From: Alphaproteobacteria bacterium
GTDB lineage: Bacteria > Pseudomonadota > Alphaproteobacteria > GCA-2731375
Direction: 5' to 3'
Assembly (NCBI GenBank): GCA_965232515.1
Contig: CBDDPY010000002.1
Location: forward strand, 6,880,001-6,944,000
Length of the DNA stretch: 64,000 bases
In this document: piece by piece, positions 48,771 to 58,739 of the stretch
Layout of the letters: the number at the start of each line of letters is the position of its first letter
How positions within the stretch are numbered: position 1 is the stretch's first letter
The notes under the pieces: generated by a model
The model's database searches: none
What the model was told of the DNA's origin: nothing
What the model saw: the letters and a program-made list of their open reading frames with translations, nothing else
Program-made: the position numbers and the translations under genes

Positions 48771-49807
48771 GTGAATTGACGTCAGGCGCCGCAACACCGG
48801 ACCGCAACGCCCTGCCGGGCTTGCGTTTCTTGCTGGGTCCCTTGCCTCGGTACGTGTTGCGGCGTCTGAGTCAGGCGTTTTTGGTGATGCTGCTGGTCGT
48901 TGTCGGCAGCTTCGTTCTGGTCAAGATGGCGCCTGGCGACCTGGTGGACGTGCTTGCCGGCAATGCCGACATGACCGCCGAGCAGATGACCGCCCTGCGC
49001 GAGCGCTATGGTCTCGACCAGCCCGCATGGGTCCAGTTGTTGCGGTACATGTACAGCCTTGCGACGCTGGATTTCGGCTACTCGCCATTGAACGCCGCGC
49101 CGGTGCTGGACATCATTCTCGCCCGCTGGCCCGTCACCGCGTTGCTGGTGATCTCGTCGGTGCTCATTTCCATGACCGTGGGAACCGTCATGGGCGTCGT
49201 TGCAGCGCGAAATGCGGGAAACCCGGTGGATCTATCGATCTCGCTGCTCATGCTGTTCTTCTATGCGACGCCGACATTCATCATCGCTATCGGGCTCATC
49301 CTCGTCTTTTCGGTTTTTCTGGGGGTGATGCCGATCGCCGGTTTCTCGACCGTCGGCGCCGACTACACGGGACTTCGCTATGTCTGGGATGTCGTCAGCC
49401 ATTTGACGATGCCGGTGCTGGCGCTGTGCACCTTTTTTATCGCCATTTACGGGCGCATCGGGCGCGCCGCCATGCTCGAAGTGCTCACGCTCGACTATGT
49501 GCGCACCGCCCGCGCCAAGGGCTTGAGCGAACGGCGGGTCATCTACGTTCATGCGCTGCGGAATGCCATGCTGCCGCTAGTCACCATGGCCGGCCTTCAG
49601 GTCAGTTCCTTGGTCGGCGGGGCCGTGCTGATCGAGACCATCTTCGGCTTGCCCGGGATGGGCCGCACCGCGTTCGATGCCGTGTTTGAACGCGATACCA
49701 ATCTGCTGCTCGGTGTCGTCTTTATCAGTTCGCTCAGTGTCGTCGTTGTGAATTTCGTTATCGACATGCTCTACATGGCGCTGGATCCGCGCGTGGAGCT
49801 TGCGTGA
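48767..49807 (+). CDS. Peptide-type ABC permease (DppB-like)
   Basis: DYVRTARAKGL, HALRNA, ETIFGLPGMG. Confidence 0.93.
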   Translation: MSELTSGAATPDRNALPGLRFLLGPLPRYVLRRLSQAFLVMLLVVVGSFVLVKMAPGDLVDVLAGNADMTAEQMTALRERYGLDQPAWVQLLRYMYSLATLDFGYSPLNAAPVLDIILARWPVTALLVISSVLISMTVGTVMGVVAARNAGNPVDLSISLLMLFFYATPTFIIAIGLILVFSVFLGVMPIAGFSTVGADYTGLRYVWDVVSHLTMPVLALCTFFIAIYGRIGRAAMLEVLTLDYVRTARAKGLSERRVIYVHALRNAMLPLVTMAGLQVSSLVGGAVLIETIFGLPGMGRTAFDAVFERDTNLLLGVVFISSLSVVVVNFVIDMLYMALDPRVELA

Positions 49808-50649
49808 TGTCCGGCCGCCAATCCCTGCTGTGGCGTCTTGTCAGTCACCCCAGCGGTCTGGTCGGGCTGACACTGATCGTGCTGGCCGTTGCCATGGCGG
49901 TCCTCGCCGATTGGTTTTACGCTTCCGGCCCGTGGACCCTGGCCGGGCAACCGAGGCTTTGGCCCGGTCAAGACCCGGCCTTTCCGCTCGGCACGGATTC
50001 GCTCGGACGCGACCTGGCCGCCGGGCTCTTCCACGGCGCCCGCGTGTCCCTCGCGGTCGGCATCGCCGCGGCGGCGGTATCGGTTGTCATCGGTACCATC
50101 GTTGGCGGCCTGAGCGGGTACTATGGCGGTTGGCTGGACGATATCTTGATGCGGCTGACCGATGCGATGCAGACAGTTCCTTCCTTTCTGTCGGCGATCG
50201 CCATCGTCGGCATTCTCGGACCGTCGCTGTCGACGATCATCGTCGCCATCGCCATCGTGTCCTGGCCGATGATTGCCAGGCTGGTCAGAGCGGAGTTCTT
50301 GCGGCTGCGCACCTACGATTTCGTGCAGTCATGCAAGATCATCGGCATGTCCGACATACGCATAATCTTCGGCCAGATCCTGCCCAACTGCCTGGCGCCG
50401 ATCATTGTCGCGTCTTCGGTACTTGTCGCCACCGCGATCATCGTCGAGGCCAGCCTGTCCTTTCTGGGGTTGGGCGATCCTAACGTCATGAGCTGGGGCA
50501 CCATCCTGGGCAATGGGCGGTCCTCCCTGCGCACGGCCTGGTATATGACGGCCATTCCGGCCGTGGCGCTGGTGGCGACTGTGCTGGCGCTCAACCTGAT
50601 TGGCGACGCGCTAAACGACGTGCTCAATCCACGTCTCAAGGAGCGCTGA
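49804..50649 (+). CDS. Peptide-type ABC permease (DppC-like)
   Basis: LGTDSLGRD, ILPN, SLSFLGLG. Confidence 0.93.
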   Translation: MMSGRQSLLWRLVSHPSGLVGLTLIVLAVAMAVLADWFYASGPWTLAGQPRLWPGQDPAFPLGTDSLGRDLAAGLFHGARVSLAVGIAAAAVSVVIGTIVGGLSGYYGGWLDDILMRLTDAMQTVPSFLSAIAIVGILGPSLSTIIVAIAIVSWPMIARLVRAEFLRLRTYDFVQSCKIIGMSDIRIIFGQILPNCLAPIIVASSVLVATAIIVEASLSFLGLGDPNVMSWGTILGNGRSSLRTAWYMTAIPAVALVATVLALNLIGDALNDVLNPRLKER

Positions 50650-51638
50650 TGGTCGATACCGCGACGGATGTTCCGCTGCTTACGGTGCGCGATCTTTCCA
50701 TTCAGTATGGGGACGGCGTGGCGCTGATGGAACAGGTCGGCTTCTTCGTCGAGCGCGGCGAGACCGTGGGCCTGGTCGGCGAATCGGGATGCGGCAAGTC
50801 GTTGACCGCGCTCGCGGTGATGGGGCTGATGGCGCAGAATCTGCGCATCTGCCAGGGCAGTATCGAACTTGACGGTGTTGATCTCGTGCAAATGCCCGAC
50901 GCCAGTCTGCGCAGGCTGCGCGGCGAGCGCATGGCGATGATTTTTCAGGAGCCGCTGACCGCGCTCAACCCGGTGATGACCGTCGGTGCGCAGGTCGTCG
51001 AGGTGCTGAGGGCGCATCGTCGGATGACCCGGGCCGAGGCTGCCCGCCGGGCTGTCGAACTCTTGGAGCTCGTGCGGATTCCCGACGCGGCCGCTCGCTT
51101 CGGCGACTACCCGCACCGGCTTTCGGGCGGCATGCGCCAGCGCGTGGTCATCGCCATCGCCATCGCCTGCAATCCGGCGCTGCTGATTGCGGACGAACCG
51201 ACGACCGCGCTCGACGTCACCGTGCAGGCGCAGATCCTGCAATTGCTAAAGCGGCTGCAACAAGACGCCAATCTCGGCTTGTTGTTCATCACCCATGATC
51301 TCGGCGTGGTGCGTCAAATCGCCGATCGTATCGTCGTCATGTATGCCGGCTCGGTGGTCGAGGAAGGACCGGTCGATGCCGTGCTCGACAATCCCCGTCA
51401 CCCCTATACAACCGGCCTTCTCTCCGCCAGGCCCCACGGCAGCTATTCGGAGTGCGGGCATCGGTTGGCCGACATAAAGGGCACGGTGCCGGCGCCACAC
51501 GAACGGCCGACGGGTTGTTTGTTTGAGCCGCGCTGTGTCAATGCCCAACCCGACTGCCGGCAAAGCCCCCCGCCGCGCACGGCATTCAACGATCACCGCG
51601 CGCTGCGATGTTATCACCCAGCAGGGAGTCGGAACTGA
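50649..51638 (+). CDS. Peptide-type ABC ATPase (DppD-like)
   Basis: [25 protein letters not shown]-terminal Cys motif. Confidence 0.94.
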   Translation: MVDTATDVPLLTVRDLSIQYGDGVALMEQVGFFVERGETVGLVGESGCGKSLTALAVMGLMAQNLRICQGSIELDGVDLVQMPDASLRRLRGERMAMIFQEPLTALNPVMTVGAQVVEVLRAHRRMTRAEAARRAVELLELVRIPDAAARFGDYPHRLSGGMRQRVVIAIAIACNPALLIADEPTTALDVTVQAQILQLLKRLQQDANLGLLFITHDLGVVRQIADRIVVMYAGSVVEEGPVDAVLDNPRHPYTTGLLSARPHGSYSECGHRLADIKGTVPAPHERPTGCLFEPRCVNAQPDCRQSPPPRTAFNDHRALRCYHPAGSRN

Positions 51639-51641
51639 TCG

Positions 51642-52664
51642 ATGAGCCGTGTCGTCGAGATAACCGATCTCAAAGTCTATCATCGCACCCCGCATGGACC
51701 CCTGCGCGCCGTGGACGGGGTCACGCTGCATGTCGATAGCGGCGAGACGCTGGGTCTGGTGGGTGAATCGGGCTGCGGGAAATCGACGCTTGCACGCTGC
51801 ATCGTGGGCATAAACCGGCCCAGCCAAGGCACAACCATGCTCGGCGGGCAGGGTCTTGGTGGCGGTCGGGCGAACCGACTGGCAAGAGCTCGAGCGGTCC
51901 AGATGGTGTTTCAGGATCCAAGTGGTTCGCTTAATCCCAGGCTGAAGGTCGGACGGATCATCGCTGAACCACTGCTGGTCCATCGTCTTGGCACGACGGC
52001 GCAGCGACGGACCCGTGTCGAGGAAATCGCCGCGCAGGTCGGACTGACACCGCACCACCTGGAACGTTTTCCGCACGAACTGTCGGGTGGACAGCGGCAA
52101 CGGGTGAGCATCGCCCGGGCCCTGGCGCTGGAGCCGGGGCTGCTCGTCTGCGACGAAGCGGTATCGGCGCTCGATGTGTCGGTTCAGGCCCAGGTGCTCA
52201 ATCTGCTGCTCGACCTGCAAAAGCGGCTCAATGTTGCGTTCCTGTTCATCTCACACGATCTTTCAGTGGTGCGCTATATCGCACACCGTATCGCGGTGAT
52301 GTATCTGGGCCGCATCGTGGAGACCGGGCTGGTGGACGCGGTCTGGAAGCGGCGCGTCCATCCCTATACCCGCGCGCTTATCAACGCCATCCCCGACGAG
52401 CAGGTGCGGCGCGAAAACACCGAACTGCTGGAAGGTGACGTGCCGAGCCCGGTCAACCCGCCGTCAGGCTGCACGTTTAGAACGCGCTGTCCATTCGCGC
52501 GCGCCAGATGCGCCGAAGAAGTACCGCAGTTGCAGGATCGTGGCGGCGGACTGTCTGTCGCCTGCCATTTCGCCGAGGCAATCGAGGCAAGCGGCACGGC
52601 CAATGAGGCGGCGCGGCCACCGCAGCTGGAGACACATCCCGGCGCCTCTCTGACGGGCATGTGA
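51642..52664 (+). CDS. Peptide-type ABC ATPase (DppF-like)
   Basis: [29 protein letters not shown]. Confidence 0.94.
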   Translation: MSRVVEITDLKVYHRTPHGPLRAVDGVTLHVDSGETLGLVGESGCGKSTLARCIVGINRPSQGTTMLGGQGLGGGRANRLARARAVQMVFQDPSGSLNPRLKVGRIIAEPLLVHRLGTTAQRRTRVEEIAAQVGLTPHHLERFPHELSGGQRQRVSIARALALEPGLLVCDEAVSALDVSVQAQVLNLLLDLQKRLNVAFLFISHDLSVVRYIAHRIAVMYLGRIVETGLVDAVWKRRVHPYTRALINAIPDEQVRRENTELLEGDVPSPVNPPSGCTFRTRCPFARARCAEEVPQLQDRGGGLSVACHFAEAIEASGTANEAARPPQLETHPGASLTGM

Positions 52665-52688
52665 CGGCGAGCGGCCGGAGGACTGGCG

Positions 52689-52910
52689 ATGGATCGGCAA
52701 GCAATGGTCAATTTCATCCGCGATTGGCATGGCATCACGCCGCCCGACCCCGTCGCGCTCGCTTTCGCAGAAGACATCGCCAGGATAATCGCCGCATTCG
52801 AAGCCCTCGAGCCGGCGCCGTTCGAGGGCGAGCCATCTGATTTTTCCGACGTTCTCGAGGCGTTCGGCGAGTGGAGGGCGGGACGTGACCCATCAGCCTC
52901 CACCAAGTGA
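52689..52910 (+). CDS. Small acidic protein, probable amidase partner subunit
   Basis: 73 aa, GGAGG RBS, overlaps the amidase start; PFEGEPSDF motif. Confidence 0.65.
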   Translation: MDRQAMVNFIRDWHGITPPDPVALAFAEDIARIIAAFEALEPAPFEGEPSDFSDVLEAFGEWRAGRDPSASTK

Positions 52911-54345
52911 ACGCGAAGCGATCACGCTCACTGATGCCGCCCGCCTGCTTGCGGCGGGAGCGATCGACGCGGTCGGCCTGGCGACCCGATGTCTGGACCA
53001 AATCGCGCGCGACGAAGGCGCGATCAACGCCTTCATCTGGCATGACCGGGAAGCGGCGCTGGCGCGCGCCGGATGGGCCGACACGCAACGGCGGCAGCGA
53101 ACCGCCCTGCCGGCGCTGCTCGGCATTCCGATGGCCCATAAAGACATGTTTGATCTTGCCGGCCGGCGGTCTACATGCGGCGCGGCGATCCGGCGCGACG
53201 AAAGACCCACCGGCTTGGCGACGGCGGTCGGCCGGCTCGAGGAGGCCGGCGCTGTTACGCTGGGCGGGCTGAACATGTCCGAATTCGCACAAGGCACGAC
53301 CGGACATAACCGCCATTTCGGCGATTGTCGTAATCCGTGGAATCCGGCCTTCGTCAGTGGCGGCTCGTCGTCCGGGTCGGGCGCGGCCGTCGCTTCGGGC
53401 ATGGTGCTGGCCTCGCTTGGCTCCGATTCAGGGGGGTCGGTCCGCATTCCGGCATCCTGCTGCGGGGTGACCGGCCTCAAGCCCACCTATGGCCGCGTCA
53501 GCCGGTTCGGTGTGATGCCGCTGGCCTTTTCCGTGGACTGTATCGGGCCGCTGGCGCGCAGCGCGCGCGACTGTGCGCTGGTGATGGCGGCAATTGCCGG
53601 CCCTGATCCGCTCGACAGGACGAGCAGCACCGCGCCGGTGGACGACTACATCGCCGTGCTTGACGGCGCACGCGGCGGTGATTTGTCCGATTGCCGTATC
53701 GGCGTGCCACGCAACGGCTTCTTCGAACATGTCGACACATCGGTTATGGACGGGTTCGAGCGGGCAGTGGATGTTCTTTCGGGCCGTGGCGCGCAACTGC
53801 GCGCGATCGATCTGCCGGTGATGGACGCGGTCGCTGCCTATTCGGCGGTTGTCAGCCGGGTTGAGCTTGCGAGCTTTCACAAACCCTGGATGCGCGGCCG
53901 GCCGGCCGACTACGGCACTAGCGTCAGTGCGCGCATGTATCCGGCTTATGCGATTCCCGGGGTCCATTACGTCGAGGCGCTGCGCCGCCGCGGCGCGGTG
54001 TTGCGCGCCTTCGCCAGCGACGTGTTCAGCGATGTCGATCTGATCGCCGCGCCCACCATAGCCAATACCGTTCCGACGCGCGCGGAAACCGATGTCGAAA
54101 GCGGGCGGCCCGGCGCGGTGGCGAGGTTTCTGTCGCTGTCGGCCAATACGCGGCCGTTCAGCTATCTGGGCCTGCCGGCGATCAGCGCCCCGTGTGGGTT
54201 CGACGCCAATGGCCTGCCGGTTGGCCTACAGCTCGTCGGGCGGCCGTTCGCCGAAGCGCGCCTGCTGCGGGCGGCCGACGCCTATCAGCGCGACACGGAC
54301 TGGCATCTCCTGGCGCCGGCCGGCGCCGCTATCGCATCGGCTTGA
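52885..54345 (+). CDS. Amidase (GatA/AtzE-like)
   Basis: HKD, SGGSSSGSGAAVA, GSDSGGSVRIPA. Confidence 0.93.
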   Translation: MTHQPPPSEREAITLTDAARLLAAGAIDAVGLATRCLDQIARDEGAINAFIWHDREAALARAGWADTQRRQRTALPALLGIPMAHKDMFDLAGRRSTCGAAIRRDERPTGLATAVGRLEEAGAVTLGGLNMSEFAQGTTGHNRHFGDCRNPWNPAFVSGGSSSGSGAAVASGMVLASLGSDSGGSVRIPASCCGVTGLKPTYGRVSRFGVMPLAFSVDCIGPLARSARDCALVMAAIAGPDPLDRTSSTAPVDDYIAVLDGARGGDLSDCRIGVPRNGFFEHVDTSVMDGFERAVDVLSGRGAQLRAIDLPVMDAVAAYSAVVSRVELASFHKPWMRGRPADYGTSVSARMYPAYAIPGVHYVEALRRRGAVLRAFASDVFSDVDLIAAPTIANTVPTRAETDVESGRPGAVARFLSLSANTRPFSYLGLPAISAPCGFDANGLPVGLQLVGRPFAEARLLRAADAYQRDTDWHLLAPAGAAIASA

Positions 54346-54363
54346 AGGAGAAGAGGCACCAAA

Positions 54364-54570
54364 ATGGATAGCGAGCTCGAACGCAGCTTTGTGGAAGGGT
54401 TTCGGCGGGCGGGACTGAGCTTGCCGACCGAACGTTTCGACCTGATGGTGCGGGCGTTTGCAGGCTATCGCGAGCTCGCCGCACATCTTGAGGCGCCGAT
54501 GCGCTATGACGACGAGCCGGCGGGACTATATCGGCCGGTCAGCGGTCGCGACACCGACGAAGCCCGTTAG
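54364..54570 (+). CDS. Small protein, probable amidase partner subunit (AtzG/GatC-like)
   Basis: 68 aa with RBS; AGLSLP.ER and C-terminal DDEPAGLYRP; next amidase starts 1 nt after its stop. Confidence 0.7.
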   Translation: MDSELERSFVEGFRRAGLSLPTERFDLMVRAFAGYRELAAHLEAPMRYDDEPAGLYRPVSGRDTDEAR

Positions 54571-54571
54571 C

Positions 54572-55963
54572 GTGGCCGACGCCGTTCCGACGCTGGCCGA
54601 AGCGTCACGCTTGATCGCGGCCGGCGCGCTGTCGCCGGTCGAACTCACGCAGGCTGCGCTCGCGCGGGTCGAGGCGCTCGATCCCCTGCTTCACGCCTTC
54701 ATCACCATTTTGCCCGAGCGCGCCCTGGCGGCCGCGCGCACTGCCGAGGCGGAACTGGCCAGAGGAGAACGCCGCGGTCCGCTGCACGGAATCCCCTACG
54801 CGCTCAAGGACATTATCGATGTCGCTGGCATTGCGACCACCGCGCACTCGCGGTTGCTGCGTGACAACGTCGCCGGCGCGGATGCCGGTGTGACCACACG
54901 ACTGGAAGCGGCCGGCATGGTGCTGCTCGGCAAGACGTCGCTGCACGAATTCGCGCGCGGAGGACCAGGCGACCACTTGCCCTGGCCCAATGCACAGAAC
55001 CCATGGAATGCGGATCATTCGTGTGGCGGATCGAGCTCCGGTTCGGCGGTGGCGGTTGCCTCCGGCATGGTCGGCCTTGCGATCGGCACCGATACGGGCG
55101 GTTCGGTGCGTTTTCCGGCCGCCTGTACAGGCATTGTCGGCCTCAAGCCCACATATGGCTACGTCAGCCGGCGTGGCGTCATACCGCTGAGCTTCAGCCT
55201 CGATCATGTCGGCCCGCTGACGCGCACCGTGGCCGATTGCGCATTGGCGCTTGCGGTGATGGCGGAGCATGATGGCCGCGATGCCGGCTCGACGGCGGCT
55301 GGGTCCGTCGAGGGCCTGTCGGTCGTTGGCGCCCCGGTTGCGGGCATGCGGATCGGCGTCGCGCGTGCCTACGACGCCGAATCGGCCGTCGACGACGAGC
55401 AGCACGAGGCGGTTGAGCGGGCCGTTGCTGCACTTTCGCAGCTCGGCGCAGAGGTCAGCGATGTAGCGTTGCCGCGCCGCGATCTCTATGATGCGGCGGC
55501 ATGGACGATCATCCTGGCGGAGGGATTCTCGGTTCACCAGCACGACTTGCGGCAGCGGGCGGACCAATATGGGCGCACCGCGCGCGAGCGGTTGAGCATC
55601 GGCGCGTTCGTAACGGCCGCCGACTATGTTCAAGCCCAACGCCTGCGCGCGCTCCTAATTGCGGAGACCGACAACGCGCTGATGGGATTCGACGCCTTGC
55701 TGTGCGCCGGGGCGGTCAGCGCGCCGCCGAGGCTCGATCAGGTCGATGATGGCCCATGGCGTGGGAAGCACCCCATCACCGCGCCTTTCAATCTGACCGG
55801 ACACCCGGCGCTTGCGGTACCCGCCGGCATCGCCGCCAACGGGCTGCCCTTGTCGGTGCAGCTTGTCGGCAAGTGCTTTGACGAGGCGAAGCTGCTGCGC
55901 ATCGGCCATGCGCTCGAGCAATCGGTGGAGTTGGGCGACTTTCAGCCGCCATGGACGCGTTAG
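54572..55963 (+). CDS. Amidase (GatA/AtzE-like)
   Basis: GPLHGIPYALKD, GGSSSGSAVAVA, GTDTGGSVRFPA; GTG start chosen. Confidence 0.93.
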   Translation: MADAVPTLAEASRLIAAGALSPVELTQAALARVEALDPLLHAFITILPERALAAARTAEAELARGERRGPLHGIPYALKDIIDVAGIATTAHSRLLRDNVAGADAGVTTRLEAAGMVLLGKTSLHEFARGGPGDHLPWPNAQNPWNADHSCGGSSSGSAVAVASGMVGLAIGTDTGGSVRFPAACTGIVGLKPTYGYVSRRGVIPLSFSLDHVGPLTRTVADCALALAVMAEHDGRDAGSTAAGSVEGLSVVGAPVAGMRIGVARAYDAESAVDDEQHEAVERAVAALSQLGAEVSDVALPRRDLYDAAAWTIILAEGFSVHQHDLRQRADQYGRTARERLSIGAFVTAADYVQAQRLRALLIAETDNALMGFDALLCAGAVSAPPRLDQVDDGPWRGKHPITAPFNLTGHPALAVPAGIAANGLPLSVQLVGKCFDEAKLLRIGHALEQSVELGDFQPPWTR

Positions 55964-56067
55964 CGTCGCTGCAGGGACGCGAATGGCGGTCAGTCGCGAA
56001 TAACTTCGATGTACGCGAGCAGAATGTCATCCTACTCTGCCTATTCTTGAACTTCAGGCGGTTTGAG

Positions 56068-56870
56068 GGCATTGACACGTTAACTACTGCGGTTGGCCGT
56101 AATGGTCCGCACCATGCATCAGACTGCGGCACAGCTGTGCCGCCAGACAGCAAACGTCTCGGCCCGGAACGCCTTGAAGATACGGCGTGGCAGGAGGTGG
56201 CGTTAGATGTAGAAGGCGTTCTGGATGGCGGCGTGGATCGACAGGAATCGTTGGGCTGAACCCGGCGACTTGAAACGCTGCTGTTTTCGCTCACGTCGAC
56301 GAACCGGTTGGTGTGAGTTTTCCGCTCGATTGTTTGCACGCAAGCCCCGATCATGGACTGCGGAAAGCCGCTCTTTGCGGATGGCGGCGAGGTACGATTT
56401 GAGCTTGTCCGTGGTGATGCGCTTCGGCGCAAAGCCCTGTTTCTTCAGCAGTTTTCTAAGCAATCTCCTCGCCGATCGAGCGCAGCGCCGGCGCTGGACC
56501 AGGAAGTCGAGCACCTCACCCTCGTCATCGACTGCCCGCCACAGCCAGTACTTTCGATTGCGTATCCGAATGGCCATCTCGTCAAGATGCCAGCGAGCGC
56601 TGGCACGCGGACGGCTGTGGCGAAGATTGCGGGCGATCAGCCGCCCAAACTTCAGAAACCAGCGCCGGACCGTCTCATTCGAAACATCGATGCCACGCTC
56701 AGCCAGTATCTCTTCAACGTCGCGAAACGATAGCGTGAACCGGGCATAGAGCCAGATCGCATGTCGGATAATTTCCGCCGGAAAGCGATGTCGCTTGAAG
56801 GATATCGGTGTCATCCGGCGACGGTAGCGACGCCTGATCGCTCCGCCTAGGCACTTAACGTATCAATGCC
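56068..56870 (-). mobile_element. IS6 family insertion sequence (803 bp)
   Basis: 18-bp terminal IRs GGCATTGACACGTTAACT / ACTTAACGTATCAATGCC (2 mismatches); no flanking target duplication. Confidence 0.93.
56119..56814 (-). pseudogene. IS6 DDE transposase with an in-frame stop near the C-terminus
   Basis: FKRHRFP, WHLDE, LWRAVD, TDKL, NNRAENSH; TAA at 56203-56205, then the frame continues RHLLPRRIFKAFRAE to TGA at 56119. Confidence 0.88.
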
Positions 56871-56970
56871 GACAATCGTGCACATGTTTAGCGATCATGA
56901 CCGCGGTATGAGCTATCGGCTCGCAGATCACCTCGCCGCCGATCACGGATCGTCGGCGGCTTTCGCATGA

Positions 56971-57855
56971 TCAGGGGTCATCGAGACAACGCTCAGACAC
57001 CGAACCACCGCAGCAAGCAAGCCTAACCGCGGTCGCGATCGGACTCGACGGATCAAGGTATTGGTCCATGATGTTGAAATGATGATATCCGGGCAGGATA
57101 TGGACTTCCGGATCGTGGCCGTGCTGGCGCAGATGACGTGCATAGTCGAAGCTCTGGTCGACCCATGCCCATGGTTCTTGACCGCCGGCAAAGATCCAGA
57201 CCGGGCACGTCGATCGCAGCGGCAGCACCAATGCATTGTTTCGCGCCACGATGGCATCGTCGAGTTTAAGGTCGGGCGCCACACTTGTTTGGCGAGCCGG
57301 CTCCGGGTTGTAGATTCCGCTGATGACGACCGCGCCCTTTATCAAGTCCCGCGGCCTTCCGCGCTCCTGCCAATCCGTTGCCAGCGCCATTGCGCAAAGA
57401 TGCGCACCGGCCGAATTTCCGGAAACACTGATTGCATCGGGACGACCGCCATATTCGCTTATGTTGCCGTAGCACCATGAGATCGCATCCAGCGCCGAAG
57501 CAGTGACTCCGTCGAGCGTTGCCTCGGGGCACAGATGATAGTTGGCGGTCACTACGGTTACCCCGCGCTGGACGAGATCACGTGCTATGAAGGCAAAGTT
57601 GGCCTTGTCTTGCGCACGCCAATAGCCGCCGTGAAAGAAGATGTGCACTGGCGATCCGGCCGCAGCAGGGAATATATCGAGACCGTGCAGCTCGCCGTCG
57701 CCATACTTCACGTCCAGATGCGCGGCCATGGTTTGCCGGCAGACTTGGCTCACCTGGTTGCGATAGGTCTGGAAGCTGGCGAAGTCGACGACCGATTTTT
57801 GCGGGTTGTAGTGGTATTCGCACTCTTCGGCGCTCATGCTTTGCCATATCGACAT
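56971..57855 (-). CDS. Alpha/beta hydrolase (arylformamidase/esterase-like)
   Basis: HGGYW oxyanion motif, GNSAG nucleophile elbow, HHF catalytic His. Confidence 0.9.
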   Translation of the reverse strand: MSIWQSMSAEECEYHYNPQKSVVDFASFQTYRNQVSQVCRQTMAAHLDVKYGDGELHGLDIFPAAAGSPVHIFFHGGYWRAQDKANFAFIARDLVQRGVTVVTANYHLCPEATLDGVTASALDAISWCYGNISEYGGRPDAISVSGNSAGAHLCAMALATDWQERGRPRDLIKGAVVISGIYNPEPARQTSVAPDLKLDDAIVARNNALVLPLRSTCPVWIFAGGQEPWAWVDQSFDYARHLRQHGHDPEVHILPGYHHFNIMDQYLDPSSPIATAVRLACCGGSVSERCLDDP

Positions 57856-57856
57856 G

Positions 57857-58729
57857 TCATTCGCCCGAAAAGCAGGGTTCCGGGAAGCCGATCACGCCGG
57901 TGTCGGTGACGGCGAACAGGCTGCCGGCGAGCGGCTGTTCGCGAAGCCCCGTTCCGTCCAGGAAACGGCGGCTTGTAGCGACATAGAGAACATCAAGGTC
58001 CGCCCCTCCAAACGTGCACATGGTCGGATGCTTGACCGGCAGTTCGATGCGCCTTTCCAACCGTCCCCTGGGATCGAAGCAACAAACCGAGCCGTCGTGG
58101 ATCATCGCGCACCAATAGTTGCCGTCGCGGTCCACGGTCGCGCCGTCGACCCTGCCCACCATGTCGTCGGTCCGGAAGAAAATGCGCTTGTTGTCGACAT
58201 TGCCTGTCTCGATGTCATAGTCGTAGGCGTAGACTACCAAGGCCCGTGTATCGGCGAAGTACATCGTTTCGTCGTCAGGGCTCCATGCCAAGCCGTTCGA
58301 AACCGTGATGCCGTCGTCCAGGCGGTGCGTCGACCAATCCGGATCAAGACGCCATAGGACCCCGGCGCCGGGCGCGAAGTTCCGATCCATGGTGCCCACG
58401 AGATAACGGCCACGCCGATCGCATTTTCCATCGTTGAATATGATATCGGGACCGGGTTGAGGATTGACGACCTGTTCCACCGCGACCGGATCAAGCGACA
58501 CCCGGCAGAAACCTGATTGCAGACCGGCGACGATCCCCCCTCTGCGGTCAAAGACCAGGGAGCCGATGATCTCCGGCATCTTCCACGACTGCACGCCGCC
58601 GGTGTTCGGATCGTACCGGCGGATCATTGGACCATACGCATCAACCCAGTACAGGCGACGCTCGGCCGGATTCCAGATGACGCCCTCGCCCAGTATGTCC
58701 TTGGTTTGCGCCACGCACGTGATGTCCAT
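57857..58729 (-). CDS. SMP-30/gluconolactonase family protein
   Basis: LGEG..W, FNDGKCD..GR, SNGLAWSPD, DGATVD, TFGG. Confidence 0.93.
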   Translation of the reverse strand: MDITCVAQTKDILGEGVIWNPAERRLYWVDAYGPMIRRYDPNTGGVQSWKMPEIIGSLVFDRRGGIVAGLQSGFCRVSLDPVAVEQVVNPQPGPDIIFNDGKCDRRGRYLVGTMDRNFAPGAGVLWRLDPDWSTHRLDDGITVSNGLAWSPDDETMYFADTRALVVYAYDYDIETGNVDNKRIFFRTDDMVGRVDGATVDRDGNYWCAMIHDGSVCCFDPRGRLERRIELPVKHPTMCTFGGADLDVLYVATSRRFLDGTGLREQPLAGSLFAVTDTGVIGFPEPCFSGE

Positions 58730-58739
58730 TCTCTGATCC

